Below, one piece after another: positions 37,833 through 47,429 of a stretch of DNA of 64,000 bases (position 1 is the first letter of the stretch; each line of letters begins with the position of its first letter). This stretch comes from Bacteroidales bacterium (GTDB lineage: Bacteria; Bacteroidota; Bacteroidia; Bacteroidales; UBA932). Under the pieces are notes generated by a model that saw only the letters and a list, made by a program, of their open reading frames with translations, did no database searches and was not told the origin of the DNA. Location: the NCBI GenBank assembly GCA_017471045.1, contig JAFUWZ010000051.1, forward strand, positions 23,798 to 87,797, in the 5' to 3' direction. A program made the position numbers and the translations under genes.

Positions 37833-40800
37833 ATGAAACGCATCCTGCTCTGCACATGGCTGATCCTGCTCGGGGCCATCCTGTCCCTTGCGCAATCCCA
37901 CCTCACCGTCAGCGGCACCGTGACCGACGGACACGGCGATCCCGTCATCGGAGCCGGCATCCTGGTGCCCGGGACCTCCAACGGCACGGTCACCGACCTG
38001 GACGGTCACTATTCCCTGTCGGTTCCGTCCGACGCCGTCCTGGAGTTCTCCTGCCTCGGCATGGCTACCCAGCGCGTCCGCGTCGGCGGCCGCAGTACCC
38101 TCAACGTCACGCTTGTGCCTGACCAGACCTACCTTGAAGACGCCGTCGTCGTCGGATACGGCAGCCAGAAGAAAGGGTCCCTGACCGGCGCCGTCGTCGC
38201 CGTGGGCGGTGAAGAGATGGTCCGGACCAAGACCGAGAACCCCCAGAACATGCTCACGGGGCGGGTGCCGGGCGTGCGCGTCTGGCAGCGGACAGCTGAA
38301 CCGGGCCAATATTCCGCCTCCATGGACATCCGCGGCCTGGGCAGCCCGCTGGTCGTCATCGACGGGGTTCCGCGCGACATGAGCGACTTCCAGCGCCTCT
38401 CACCCGCCGACATCGAGAACGTCTCGGTCCTCAAGGACGCGGCGGCGGCCATCTACGGCCTGCGCGGCGGCAACGGAGTCATCCTCGTCACGACCAAGTC
38501 CGGCCAGGCCGGCAAGACCCGGGTCCGGTACGACGGCAACTACACCTTCCAGACGCCCGCCAGCCTGCCCCGCCAGATGGACGCCGTCACCTCCATGCTG
38601 CTGGTCAACGAAGCTGCACGGGGCGGCATCGAAGGCGGTTCCCCGGAGTTCCCGGACGAGAAGATCGAGCTCTACCGCAACGGCACCCTCCAGGGCACCG
38701 ACTGGAACAGCCTCATCATCCAGGAGATCGCCCCGCAGTCACGCCACGACCTGAGCATCAGCGGCGGCACCGACAAGATGCAGTTCTATGTCGGGATGGG
38801 CTGGTTCTACCAGGAAGGCTTCTGGAAGAGCGGCGATACCCACTACAACAAGTACAACCTCCGCTCCAACCTCTCCGCCGAAATCGCGGAGGGCCTGCGG
38901 TTCAGCCTCAACCTCTCCGGCTATGCGGAAGACCTCCACAACCCGCTGGACGACCCGGAGCTGATCATCCGTTACTGGTGGAAGCAGAGCACCCTCTGGC
39001 AGGCCTACGCCGACCCCGCGCAGACCATGCTCAATTACCAGGACCTCGAACTCGACTGGAACTCCGTCGCGCGCATCTACTCCGATATCTCGGGCCACCG
39101 GATCACGCAGCGCAAGAACCTCAACGCCAACCTATCCCTCCAGTACGACTTCGGCACCCTCACCGACGTCCTCGAGGGCCTGAGCGCCAAGGGCATGTTC
39201 AGCTACGACTACCGCGTCGCCGAGAACGAAACCTACCGCAAGGAGTACTACCAGTATGCGTTCAACAGCCTGACCGGCGAATACGAGCAGAAACTCTACG
39301 CCGCCTCCTCCCCCAGCCAGCTCACCAAGGCCGATACCCACAACCGCGCCTGGGTCGCCCAGGCCCTGTTGCAGTACGACCGCGGTTTCGGACGGCACCA
39401 CGTCGGCGGGACCCTGGGCTGGGAAGTCCAGAAGAAGTTCGGCAACGGCTTCCGCGCCTTCGGCAACCTGGCCTTCTCCTCGCCCTATTTCACCGCCCTC
39501 AGCATGGAAGACCACCAGGTCAGCCAGGGCGACCTCTACGAGTACGCCTACGAGTCCCTGATCGGACGCGTCAACTACAACTTCGACGAGCGCTATCTGC
39601 TGGAAGGCCAGTTCCGCTATGACGGGTCCTCCCGCTTCTATCCCGGCCACCAGTGGGGCTTCTTCCCCTCTGTTTCCGCAGGCTGGCGGGTCAGCCAGGA
39701 GCCGTGGTTCCGGCGCAGCGCCCTGCACTTCATCAACCAGCTCAAACTGCGCGTCAGTTACGGTATCCTGGGCACCGATGGTTCCGACTACGAATGGGCC
39801 ACTGGCTACACTTACCCCGCCGCCCGCCTGACAGACAACGGTTACTACTCCTCCAACGCGCCCGTCTATTATCTCGGCTCCTGGGTCATGCGCGCCGACC
39901 CGAAGGCCCTCCCCAACGAGGAAATCACCTGGTACACCAACCGCACCTTCGACGCGGGCATCGATTTCGAAGCCTGGAACGGCCTGATGGGCGTCTCCTT
40001 CGACTGGTTCCACCGTCACCGCAGCGGCCTGATGGCCCGCAATTCGTCCGAGTTCCCGACCATCGTCGGCGCCACGCCCCCGCTCGAGAACGTCAACAGC
40101 GACAGCCACTTCGGTTTCGAGCTTGAGCTGAGCCACCGGCACCGGGCCGGGGACTTCCGCTACCTGGTCAAGACGATGATGTCCATCACCCGTAACAAGT
40201 ACCTCACCTACGCCCAGAGCACCAAATACGGCAACTCCTACGACAACTGGCGCAACAACAGCATGAACAACCGCTACCAGGGGATCAAGTTCGGTTACGA
40301 GGTCGTGGGGCGCTACCAGGACTGGGAGGACATCTGGACCTATGACCTCAACAAAGGCAACGGGGTGCGGCCCGGAGATTTCAAGTACCTGGACTGGAAC
40401 GGCGACGGCCAGATCAACAGCCTCGACGTCCATCCCTTCACCTATTCCGGGACACCCTGGCTCAACTATTCCCTCTCCTTCGAGGGAGACTGGAAACGCC
40501 TGGATTTCAGCCTTCTGCTGCAAGGTTCCGCCCTGGGATCGGTCAAATTCGGCGAGCCCCAGCTCAAGATCTGGGGCCAGCACGGCGGCGGCATGCTGGA
40601 GCAGTTTGCCGACCGCTGGCATCCGAGCGTGGTGACCAATGACATCTACGACCAGACGCTGACCTGGATCCCCGGCACGTATGCCTATGCCGGCGCCTCC
40701 GCCGACGAGAACAGCGACTTCAACGTCCAGCCCGTCGACTACCTCCGCGTCAAGGCCGTCGAGCTGGGCTGGACCCTCCCCAAGACCCGTTTCCTGCGCG

Positions 40801-40949
40801 ACCTGGAACTGCGCATCTATGCCAACGCCTACAATCCCTTCACCTTGACCAAGGTCAGGTACATCGATCCGGAGCATCCGGCCGACGACTACGGGCGCCT
40901 GTATCCGCTCAACAGATCCTACACCCTCGGGGTGAGCCTGTCCTTCTAA
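37833..40949 (+). CDS. susC: SusC/RagA TonB-dependent transporter
   Basis: VSGTVTD..G.PVIGA, VVVGYG.QKK, PLVVIDG, SVLKDAAAAIYG.RG.NGVILVTTK, terminal LSF. Confidence 0.97.
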   Translation: MKRILLCTWLILLGAILSLAQSHLTVSGTVTDGHGDPVIGAGILVPGTSNGTVTDLDGHYSLSVPSDAVLEFSCLGMATQRVRVGGRSTLNVTLVPDQTYLEDAVVVGYGSQKKGSLTGAVVAVGGEEMVRTKTENPQNMLTGRVPGVRVWQRTAEPGQYSASMDIRGLGSPLVVIDGVPRDMSDFQRLSPADIENVSVLKDAAAAIYGLRGGNGVILVTTKSGQAGKTRVRYDGNYTFQTPASLPRQMDAVTSMLLVNEAARGGIEGGSPEFPDEKIELYRNGTLQGTDWNSLIIQEIAPQSRHDLSISGGTDKMQFYVGMGWFYQEGFWKSGDTHYNKYNLRSNLSAEIAEGLRFSLNLSGYAEDLHNPLDDPELIIRYWWKQSTLWQAYADPAQTMLNYQDLELDWNSVARIYSDISGHRITQRKNLNANLSLQYDFGTLTDVLEGLSAKGMFSYDYRVAENETYRKEYYQYAFNSLTGEYEQKLYAASSPSQLTKADTHNRAWVAQALLQYDRGFGRHHVGGTLGWEVQKKFGNGFRAFGNLAFSSPYFTALSMEDHQVSQGDLYEYAYESLIGRVNYNFDERYLLEGQFRYDGSSRFYPGHQWGFFPSVSAGWRVSQEPWFRRSALHFINQLKLRVSYGILGTDGSDYEWATGYTYPAARLTDNGYYSSNAPVYYLGSWVMRADPKALPNEEITWYTNRTFDAGIDFEAWNGLMGVSFDWFHRHRSGLMARNSSEFPTIVGATPPLENVNSDSHFGFELELSHRHRAGDFRYLVKTMMSITRNKYLTYAQSTKYGNSYDNWRNNSMNNRYQGIKFGYEVVGRYQDWEDIWTYDLNKGNGVRPGDFKYLDWNGDGQINSLDVHPFTYSGTPWLNYSLSFEGDWKRLDFSLLLQGSALGSVKFGEPQLKIWGQHGGGMLEQFADRWHPSVVTNDIYDQTLTWIPGTYAYAGASADENSDFNVQPVDYLRVKAVELGWTLPKTRFLRDLELRIYANAYNPFTLTKVRYIDPEHPADDYGRLYPLNRSYTLGVSLSF

Positions 40950-40961
40950 GCCTCGTCCGAT

Positions 40962-43028
40962 ATGAAAAAGATCTTCTTTCCCCTGCTGATAACGGCCTGG
41001 ACGGTCCTGTCCTGTGTTTCGCTGGACATCCCGCCCAAGAACATCGTCTCGGACGACGACCTGATGGGCTCGCAATCCGGCATGAGCGTCTATCTGACCC
41101 GGCTCTACACGCAGATGCCCTGGGAGGACTTCAAGTACATCGCTTCCCGCGGCTTCGACGGCAACTCCTGGCTCGGCTGCCTCGGCGTCGAGGGCACCGG
41201 CGAAGCCGTGACCCGCGACGACATCTGCGTCTCCTTCACCTCCGAGAGCGCCTCCTGGTGGGGCCGCGCCTTTACCCTGATCCATGATGCCAACCACCTG
41301 ATCGAGACCCTGCCCAAATACCGCGACCGCTACCCGGAAGTGACCTACAACGAGTTCCTCGGCCAGGGCTATTTCATCCGCGCCTACGCCTACACGCAGA
41401 TGGCGCGCCGGTTCGGCGGCGTCCCGATCGTCAAGAACGAGATTTCCTATCCGTTCGAGGGCGAGATCGAGGTGCCCCGCTCCAGCGAGCGGCAGACCTG
41501 GGATGCCATCCTCGAAGACTGGGACCTGGCAGCCAGCCTGCTGCCTACCGTCCCGACCTTCGAAGACACGCCCAACCGCTATGCCGCCCTCGCCTTCAAG
41601 GCCGAAGCCATGCTCTACGCCGGCTCGGTCGCCAAGTACAACGAACAGGTGGCGGGCCGCCTGACCGGCCTGGGCGAAAAGACCAAGGTCCGCGTGATCG
41701 GGTTCGCCGAGGCCGAGTGGCAGGAGTGCTCCAACCGCTATTTCGCAGAGGCCTACAAGGCCGCCGCGGAAGTCATCGCCTCGGGCCGCTACTCCCTCTA
41801 CCGGAAGTCCTGGGCCGCCGGCGACAAGGAGGCCCAGTACAAGAACATGAACGACATGTGGCGGGATCTCACTTCGCCCGAGAACATCCTCGTCCGCGAG
41901 TATTCCTACCCCATCCTCTCCCACGGACTGGACGCCTACTCCTCGCCCTGGATCTACCGGATGCCGCTCTCGGCGGGGACCTGCCCGACCGAGGACCTGC
42001 TCGAGCTTTTCGACGGCTTCGACCGCTATCCCGACGGCACGATCCGGGTCACGGACGGTGCCAGCCACACGCTGGGCACCTACCTGCTCTTCGACGAGCC
42101 GATGGACTTCTTCCGCAATGCCGAACCGCGCCTGCGCGCCTATGTCATCTTCCCCGGCGACGTATTCAAGAAGACCCCGATCGAGGTGCGCACCGGCATC
42201 TACACCGGTCCGCTGCCCATCGCCCCGCTCCGCGACAACTATGACTTCTCGCAGCGCGGGCGCTTCTACCAGCACATGGCCCAATACACCGACGAGTCCA
42301 ACCGCACGCTCTTCCTCAGCCCGAACGTCAACACCGGCGAAGTCACCTACGTAGACGGCAAGACCGGCGAGACGGTCACGACCTGGGCCGCCGGGCAGAA
42401 CGGTCCGTTCTTCTCCAACGCCGAGGCCACGATGACGGGACTGTACCTGCGCAAATACCTGGATCCGGACCGCCCGCTCGAGGAGATCGGCGAAGGCAAG
42501 TCCGACCAGCCTTTCATCCTGATGCGCTACGCGGAGGTCCTCCTGGCGGCGGCAGAGGCCGCGGTGGAGCTCTCACTCGCGGGACAGCCCTCCCCCATAG
42601 GGGACGACATGCTCCTGGTCGCGACCGACGCCATCCGTGACATCCAGAACCGCGCCGGCGCCACCGAGCTCAGCACAAAGCTCAGCGCCAGCCTCGAGAG
42701 CCGGGACCTCGTGCGCAAGGAGCGCCGCAAGGAACTGGCCTTCGAGCAGAAGTCCAAGTGGGACATCCGACGCTGGCGTGTGATCGACGAGCGCAACCGC
42801 GACGGCTTCTGGGGCGTCCAGACGGACCACCGCAGCTGGAGCGACGGCAACCGTTTCGCCTTCAAGGGTCTCTATCCCTTCTACTCCACGCAGGCGGGGA
42901 AATGGTTCTTCGACATCTGCTTCGAGAACCGCAAGACTTTCTCCTATGCACCGGCCAACTACTACTTCGCCATCCCTTCGGGCGAAGTGACCAAGAGCCT
43001 GTATATCGACCAGCAGCCCAACCGTTAA
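40962..43028 (+). CDS. susD: SusD/RagB nutrient-binding lipoprotein
   Basis: Lipobox VLSC; FIRAYAY..MARRFGGVP, MRYAEVLL, ERRKELAFE..KWDIRRW. Confidence 0.95.
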   Translation: MKKIFFPLLITAWTVLSCVSLDIPPKNIVSDDDLMGSQSGMSVYLTRLYTQMPWEDFKYIASRGFDGNSWLGCLGVEGTGEAVTRDDICVSFTSESASWWGRAFTLIHDANHLIETLPKYRDRYPEVTYNEFLGQGYFIRAYAYTQMARRFGGVPIVKNEISYPFEGEIEVPRSSERQTWDAILEDWDLAASLLPTVPTFEDTPNRYAALAFKAEAMLYAGSVAKYNEQVAGRLTGLGEKTKVRVIGFAEAEWQECSNRYFAEAYKAAAEVIASGRYSLYRKSWAAGDKEAQYKNMNDMWRDLTSPENILVREYSYPILSHGLDAYSSPWIYRMPLSAGTCPTEDLLELFDGFDRYPDGTIRVTDGASHTLGTYLLFDEPMDFFRNAEPRLRAYVIFPGDVFKKTPIEVRTGIYTGPLPIAPLRDNYDFSQRGRFYQHMAQYTDESNRTLFLSPNVNTGEVTYVDGKTGETVTTWAAGQNGPFFSNAEATMTGLYLRKYLDPDRPLEEIGEGKSDQPFILMRYAEVLLAAAEAAVELSLAGQPSPIGDDMLLVATDAIRDIQNRAGATELSTKLSASLESRDLVRKERRKELAFEQKSKWDIRRWRVIDERNRDGFWGVQTDHRSWSDGNRFAFKGLYPFYSTQAGKWFFDICFENRKTFSYAPANYYFAIPSGEVTKSLYIDQQPNR

Positions 43029-43029
43029 G

Positions 43030-43842
43030 ATGATGAAAACCAGATTCTTCCCCATAATTCTCGCCACGGCCCTCCTCAGCGCCTGCAGCCTCTTCGAGAT
43101 CGACAACTTCCCAGCGCCCGAAGAGACGATCCGGGGCCAGATCCTGGACGCCTACACCGGGCAGCCGGTACTGACCGAACAGAACTCCCGCGGTATCCGC
43201 GTGCGCATGACCGAGCTGAGCTACGGCGAGAACGTGACCCACAATCCCGACTTCTATGTCCGGGACAACGGCTTCTACCAGAACACCAAGATCTTCAAGG
43301 GCCGCTACAACGTCCGCGTGGACGGGCCTTTCGTCCCCATCGTCCGGGAATCTCCCGAGGGCGACCTGCTCTTTGACGGCTCCGTCGAGTGCGACATCCA
43401 GGGCATCACGGAGGTGCATTTCCGGGTCCAGCCATTCCTGCGGGTGGAGTTTGTCGGCGAGCCGGAAGTCAGCGGCGGCAAGATCACCGCACAGGTCCGG
43501 GTAACCAGAGGTGTACCCGAGAAAGACTTCCGGGAGGCCGTGGAGCCCATGGGCGGCTACACGGATGCCTTCCTCAACGTGACGGACCTGCGCCTGTACG
43601 TGGGCTACTCCTCGACCTGCAACGGCGACAACAAATACGAAGCCTGGTCCAACGTGATCGAATACGAAGGATCCTCGTTCGAGCCCTACTTCGGCAAACC
43701 CGTCACCATCTCCTCCCGCGGCACCGTCAAAGGCGCCCGCAAGGTTTTCATCCGCGCCGCGGCGCGCATCAACTACGCCACTCCCGTCGGCGGCGAACGG
43801 CGCTACAATTTCTCGGAAGTCAAGGAAGTGAATATGCCCTGA
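43030..43842 (+). CDS. DUF3823-like lipoprotein
   Basis: Lipobox LLSAC; DNFPAP, G.ILD..TG, YQNTKIFKGRY, GPFVP, V.PFL; follows susD. Confidence 0.75.
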   Translation: MMKTRFFPIILATALLSACSLFEIDNFPAPEETIRGQILDAYTGQPVLTEQNSRGIRVRMTELSYGENVTHNPDFYVRDNGFYQNTKIFKGRYNVRVDGPFVPIVRESPEGDLLFDGSVECDIQGITEVHFRVQPFLRVEFVGEPEVSGGKITAQVRVTRGVPEKDFREAVEPMGGYTDAFLNVTDLRLYVGYSSTCNGDNKYEAWSNVIEYEGSSFEPYFGKPVTISSRGTVKGARKVFIRAAARINYATPVGGERRYNFSEVKEVNMP

Positions 43843-43914
43843 GCGGCCGTCTGAATATACAATCGGCCGTCTGTCCCTGTCATAGGTCCTTTGGTTGAAA
43901 AACGTGCTCCGGCA

Positions 43915-43945
43915 TTTGAATTTTTCGAAAGGATTAGTAAATTTG
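43915..43945 (+). promoter_or_regulatory. Canonical -33/-7 promoter for the second operon
   Basis: TTTG (43915-43918), N19, TAAATTTG (43938-43945), followed by an AT-rich leader. Confidence 0.75.
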
Positions 43946-44022
43946 TTCCCCCAAGGAATGAATATTTATGTGTATATACAGAATAATTATTCTAATCCTC
44001 TTACAATCAAAAATTTAAAACT

Positions 44023-44202
44023 ATGCAGAAAACTACGGTCTCAAAACGGTCTTATTCCCGTCCCCTTTGTGAGAGTCTGGCTTTCACAACCGAAACTGCC
44101 CTTCTTTCGACCAGCGCCGGTGTAGGCGACATGCCCGTCCACCCGGCTTCCATTGGAGACAGCCAGAATGATTTATTTTCCAGCAGTGAGTTTATTTTTT
44201 AA
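44023..44202 (+). CDS. 59-aa peptide with YxxP leader-like motif (candidate RRE-dependent precursor)
   Basis: Translated by hand: MQKTTVSKRSYSRPLCESLAFTTETALLSTSAGVGDMPVHPASIGDSQNDLFSSSEFIF*. A-rich initiation context (AAATTTAAAACT-ATG); 11 nt before the next gene. Confidence 0.8.
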   Translation: MQKTTVSKRSYSRPLCESLAFTTETALLSTSAGVGDMPVHPASIGDSQNDLFSSSEFIF

Positions 44203-44213
44203 CAAAGGTTGCT

Positions 44214-47200
44214 ATGAAAAAAACTTCTTCACTTTCCGCCCTTGCGGCCGCGATCCTGTTCTGCGCGACTGGATGTATCAACGAACCTTTGACCCTGGAG
44301 CAGCCTGCCAGCCTCCAAGAAACTGCTGAAGAAGGGGGAGACTGGATCCTGATCAACGCCAAATTCCCGGACCAAGGCCCCGAGACCCGTCTTTCATACA
44401 GTTACAACGAAGAGGGAACCGTCCTCCATTCCACCTGGTCCTCCGGTGACGTACTGTACCGGGACGGTGCCAGCAGCAGCAAGTTCACCTATGTCGAGCC
44501 GACGGGCGAGAACACGGCTACTTTCGCGACGACCGCCGCCCTGGCCGCCAACACCAAGTATTATTTCACCGTCAACTACGCCAATTCTTCAAACGGCTTC
44601 AAGGCCAACCGCAACAGTTATTACCAATATGCCATCCAGACCGGCAACATCAACGATATCACCTGGTTCGACTACCTGTTTGCAACGGCCCAGACCAACG
44701 CCGACAAACAGCTCCCCGATGTGATCGAGTTCAAGCGCATGAACTCATTCGTCGAGGTCAATGGCATCAACTTCGGAGAAGGCGTCAACCTGGAAATCTG
44801 GAAAGTCCAGCTGGTCGGGCCCTGCTTCGGTACGCAGTGCCAGATCGGATTGACCAAGACCCGCAACGACTTCGGAGAAGCGAATGACGTCTATATCAAC
44901 AACGGACTCTCCGCCCAGCCGGGGTACTATTCGGAAGAGCCGTTCAACCATCCCAACTTCAAGGTCGAAAACGGCGTCCTGAAAGACACCGTCCTCATCT
45001 CTTTCTTCCCGACCCTGACCGCCCAGTCCGGCCAGCCCTGCAAACTCGCCTTCTACGACACGGAAAACAACATCTACACCCTCGAATGGGAGTCCTCGAG
45101 CGCCTATACGAGCGGTAATGTCTACCGCGTCTCCGGCCGGGCCGAGAAACCCATCGTCACCAATATCGTGTTTGAAGATCCCGTCGTGAAGTCTCTCTGC
45201 ACCAATTCGTATTATGGAGACTGGGACCTCAACAAGGACGGAGAGCTCTCTGATTTGGAAGCATCCCTGGTCTCTACCATCGAGTACAAATTCGGCGGCT
45301 ACAACGGCTCCGAAGGATCAAACATCACCAAGTTCAATGAACTCGAATACTTCACCGGCCTCAAGGAGATCCCTGCCCAGGCCTTCCTGAATTGCCGCAG
45401 CCTGGAAGAGATCACGATCCCCGAAAGTGTAGACCGGATCCGGGCAGACGCATTCAACGGATGCTCCAGCTTGAAATCCATCGTCGTTCCCGAAAATGTG
45501 AAAGAAATCTGGGGCGGAGCCTTCAAGTCCTGCACATCCCTGACCAGCGTCACCCTTCCGGACAATGCTGATATCGCCCCCGTCAACGCCAGCGGAACCC
45601 AGGCCGGCCAGACTTTCCAAGGTTGCACGGCCCTGGAGAGCATCACCCTGCCCAGTAACCTGACCGCCATCGGCGCCCAGACGTTCCAGGAGTCCGGTCT
45701 CTTCGCGATCCACCTGCCCAGCGGGTTGAAAACCATAGGAGCCAATGCCTTCTACAAGTGCTCCCACCTGAACATCATCACGTTGCCCGCTTCGCTGGAG
45801 ACCGTCAGCGCCGGTGCATTCGGAGAGTGTTCCAACATCATTTATGCCGAGATCGAACCCGGATCTACCTTCTCGATCTCAGACGACTATTCGATGCTCA
45901 TCCAGAACGGCAATACCGCCGTCGCCAGCTTCGGCAACAAGACGGTCCTCCGCTTCCCCGAACAGATCACGGCGATCGCCGCTTCCTTCGCCAACGGTTC
46001 TTCCAAACTGGAAGAAGTCCATATCCCCGGCATCAAGTCCATCGGAACTCAGGCTTTCGCCAACTGCCTCAATCTGAAGAAAGCCGTATATGCCGATGAC
46101 GCCGTGACCGGAGCCAGCACCTTCCTCAATGACGTAAGTCTGACGGAAGTCATCCTTCCCAAGAACGCAACCGAACTGCAAGCCAGCCTCTTCCAGGGCT
46201 GCTCCGCCCTCGAAAGCATCACCCTGCCCGCCGGAGTGACCAAGTTCAACACCAATGTCTTCCGCGACTGCAAGTCGCTTAAGACTGTCATCCTGCCCGA
46301 AGGGATCACGGAAGTAGCCGGAAATCTGTTCTATGGCTGTTCCTCGCTCGAGCACATTGACATCCCTTCCACCGTCGTGACCCTCAAGGGCAACTGCTTC
46401 CAGAAATGCACCGGCCTCAAGGAGATTGTGCTCCCCGCAGGCCTGACCCGCATCGAGGGAAGCGTTTTTGACGGCTGCAGCGGTATCCAGGAAATTAAGA
46501 TCCCCGACGGTGTGACCTTTATCGGGCAATACGCATTCCGGGGCATGACCGGCTTGAGCGAAATCCACATCCCGGATGGCGTCACCAACCTCCAGGCCGG
46601 ATTGATTGCCAACTGCACCGGGATCACCGAATTCACGTTCCCCGCCAAGGTTACGACCCTCGGAGCCGGCGTCTTCTCCGGGACGGGCATCACTTCCCTG
46701 ACCTTGCCCGCCGGGATCAAGACCCTGCCCAACAATGCTTTCCAAAACACGAAAATCCAGACCGTCGCACTGCCGGCGAATCTGACGCAGATCCCGGGCA
46801 ACTGCTTCGACGGCTGCACCAACCTCAAGGAGCTGTCCATCCCCGCAACCGTTACGACGATCGGCATGAATGCCTTCCAGAACTGCACGGCCCTGACTTC
46901 CCTGACCCTCCCGGCCGGCGTCAAGACACTCAACAACAACTCCTTCAAGGGATCCGGCCTGACTTCCATCACGCTGCCGGACGCCATAGCGCAGATTCCG
47001 AACAACTGCTTCCAGGGCTGCGCCGCACTCAAGATCGTCGTCTTCCCGGCCAACCTGACGACCATCGCCATGTACGCCTTCCAGAACTGCACGGCCCTTG
47101 AGTCCGTATCGCTTCCGGAGAAACTTACGACGATCAACATGTATGCCTTTGACGGCTGCTCCGGCTTGAAGGATGTCTCCATCTCCACCGGAATCACGAT

Positions 47201-47423
47201 GATCAACATGTACGCTTTCTCCAAGTGCCCGTCCCTGGATTGGGTCCAAATCGAGCGCACGACGCCCCCGACCGTCATGAGCAACAGTTTCCAACTGAAT
47301 GCGGACCAGGATCCCTATCCGATCTATGTCCCGGACAGCGCCGTCGAAGCCTACAAGAGCACCGGAAACTGGGCAAGCGCCTACGCTTCCCGCATCTATT
47401 CAATCAGCAGCAAAGGCGAATAG
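44214..47423 (+). CDS. Surface lipoprotein: fimbrillin-like N-terminus plus about 26 BspA-type leucine-rich repeats (LRR_5)
   Basis: Lipobox ATGC; ETRLSY, WSSGD, GNVY; N-cap FEDPVVK..WDLNKDGELS..NELEYFTGL; repeated AF.GC..L..I.LP; C-cap TTPP..IYVPDSAVEAYK. Confidence 0.9.
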   Translation: MKKTSSLSALAAAILFCATGCINEPLTLEQPASLQETAEEGGDWILINAKFPDQGPETRLSYSYNEEGTVLHSTWSSGDVLYRDGASSSKFTYVEPTGENTATFATTAALAANTKYYFTVNYANSSNGFKANRNSYYQYAIQTGNINDITWFDYLFATAQTNADKQLPDVIEFKRMNSFVEVNGINFGEGVNLEIWKVQLVGPCFGTQCQIGLTKTRNDFGEANDVYINNGLSAQPGYYSEEPFNHPNFKVENGVLKDTVLISFFPTLTAQSGQPCKLAFYDTENNIYTLEWESSSAYTSGNVYRVSGRAEKPIVTNIVFEDPVVKSLCTNSYYGDWDLNKDGELSDLEASLVSTIEYKFGGYNGSEGSNITKFNELEYFTGLKEIPAQAFLNCRSLEEITIPESVDRIRADAFNGCSSLKSIVVPENVKEIWGGAFKSCTSLTSVTLPDNADIAPVNASGTQAGQTFQGCTALESITLPSNLTAIGAQTFQESGLFAIHLPSGLKTIGANAFYKCSHLNIITLPASLETVSAGAFGECSNIIYAEIEPGSTFSISDDYSMLIQNGNTAVASFGNKTVLRFPEQITAIAASFANGSSKLEEVHIPGIKSIGTQAFANCLNLKKAVYADDAVTGASTFLNDVSLTEVILPKNATELQASLFQGCSALESITLPAGVTKFNTNVFRDCKSLKTVILPEGITEVAGNLFYGCSSLEHIDIPSTVVTLKGNCFQKCTGLKEIVLPAGLTRIEGSVFDGCSGIQEIKIPDGVTFIGQYAFRGMTGLSEIHIPDGVTNLQAGLIANCTGITEFTFPAKVTTLGAGVFSGTGITSLTLPAGIKTLPNNAFQNTKIQTVALPANLTQIPGNCFDGCTNLKELSIPATVTTIGMNAFQNCTALTSLTLPAGVKTLNNNSFKGSGLTSITLPDAIAQIPNNCFQGCAALKIVVFPANLTTIAMYAFQNCTALESVSLPEKLTTINMYAFDGCSGLKDVSISTGITMINMYAFSKCPSLDWVQIERTTPPTVMSNSFQLNADQDPYPIYVPDSAVEAYKSTGNWASAYASRIYSISSKGE

Positions 47424-47429
47424 TTGAAA

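Noticed and set aside
39132-42284. Very long antisense ORFs (also 12359-15217, 22553-25291, 1290-2972, 34058-35524, 45879-47294, 49407-50888 and others)
   Set aside because: They are shadow frames opposite clearly recognisable genes, which is expected in GC-rich DNA with biased third positions. They contain no motifs of their own.
45300-47300. CRISPR array or DNA tandem repeat
   Set aside because: The periodicity is the 66-69 bp LRR coding repeat, degenerate at the DNA level. I saw no repeat-spacer structure or cas genes anywhere in the window.
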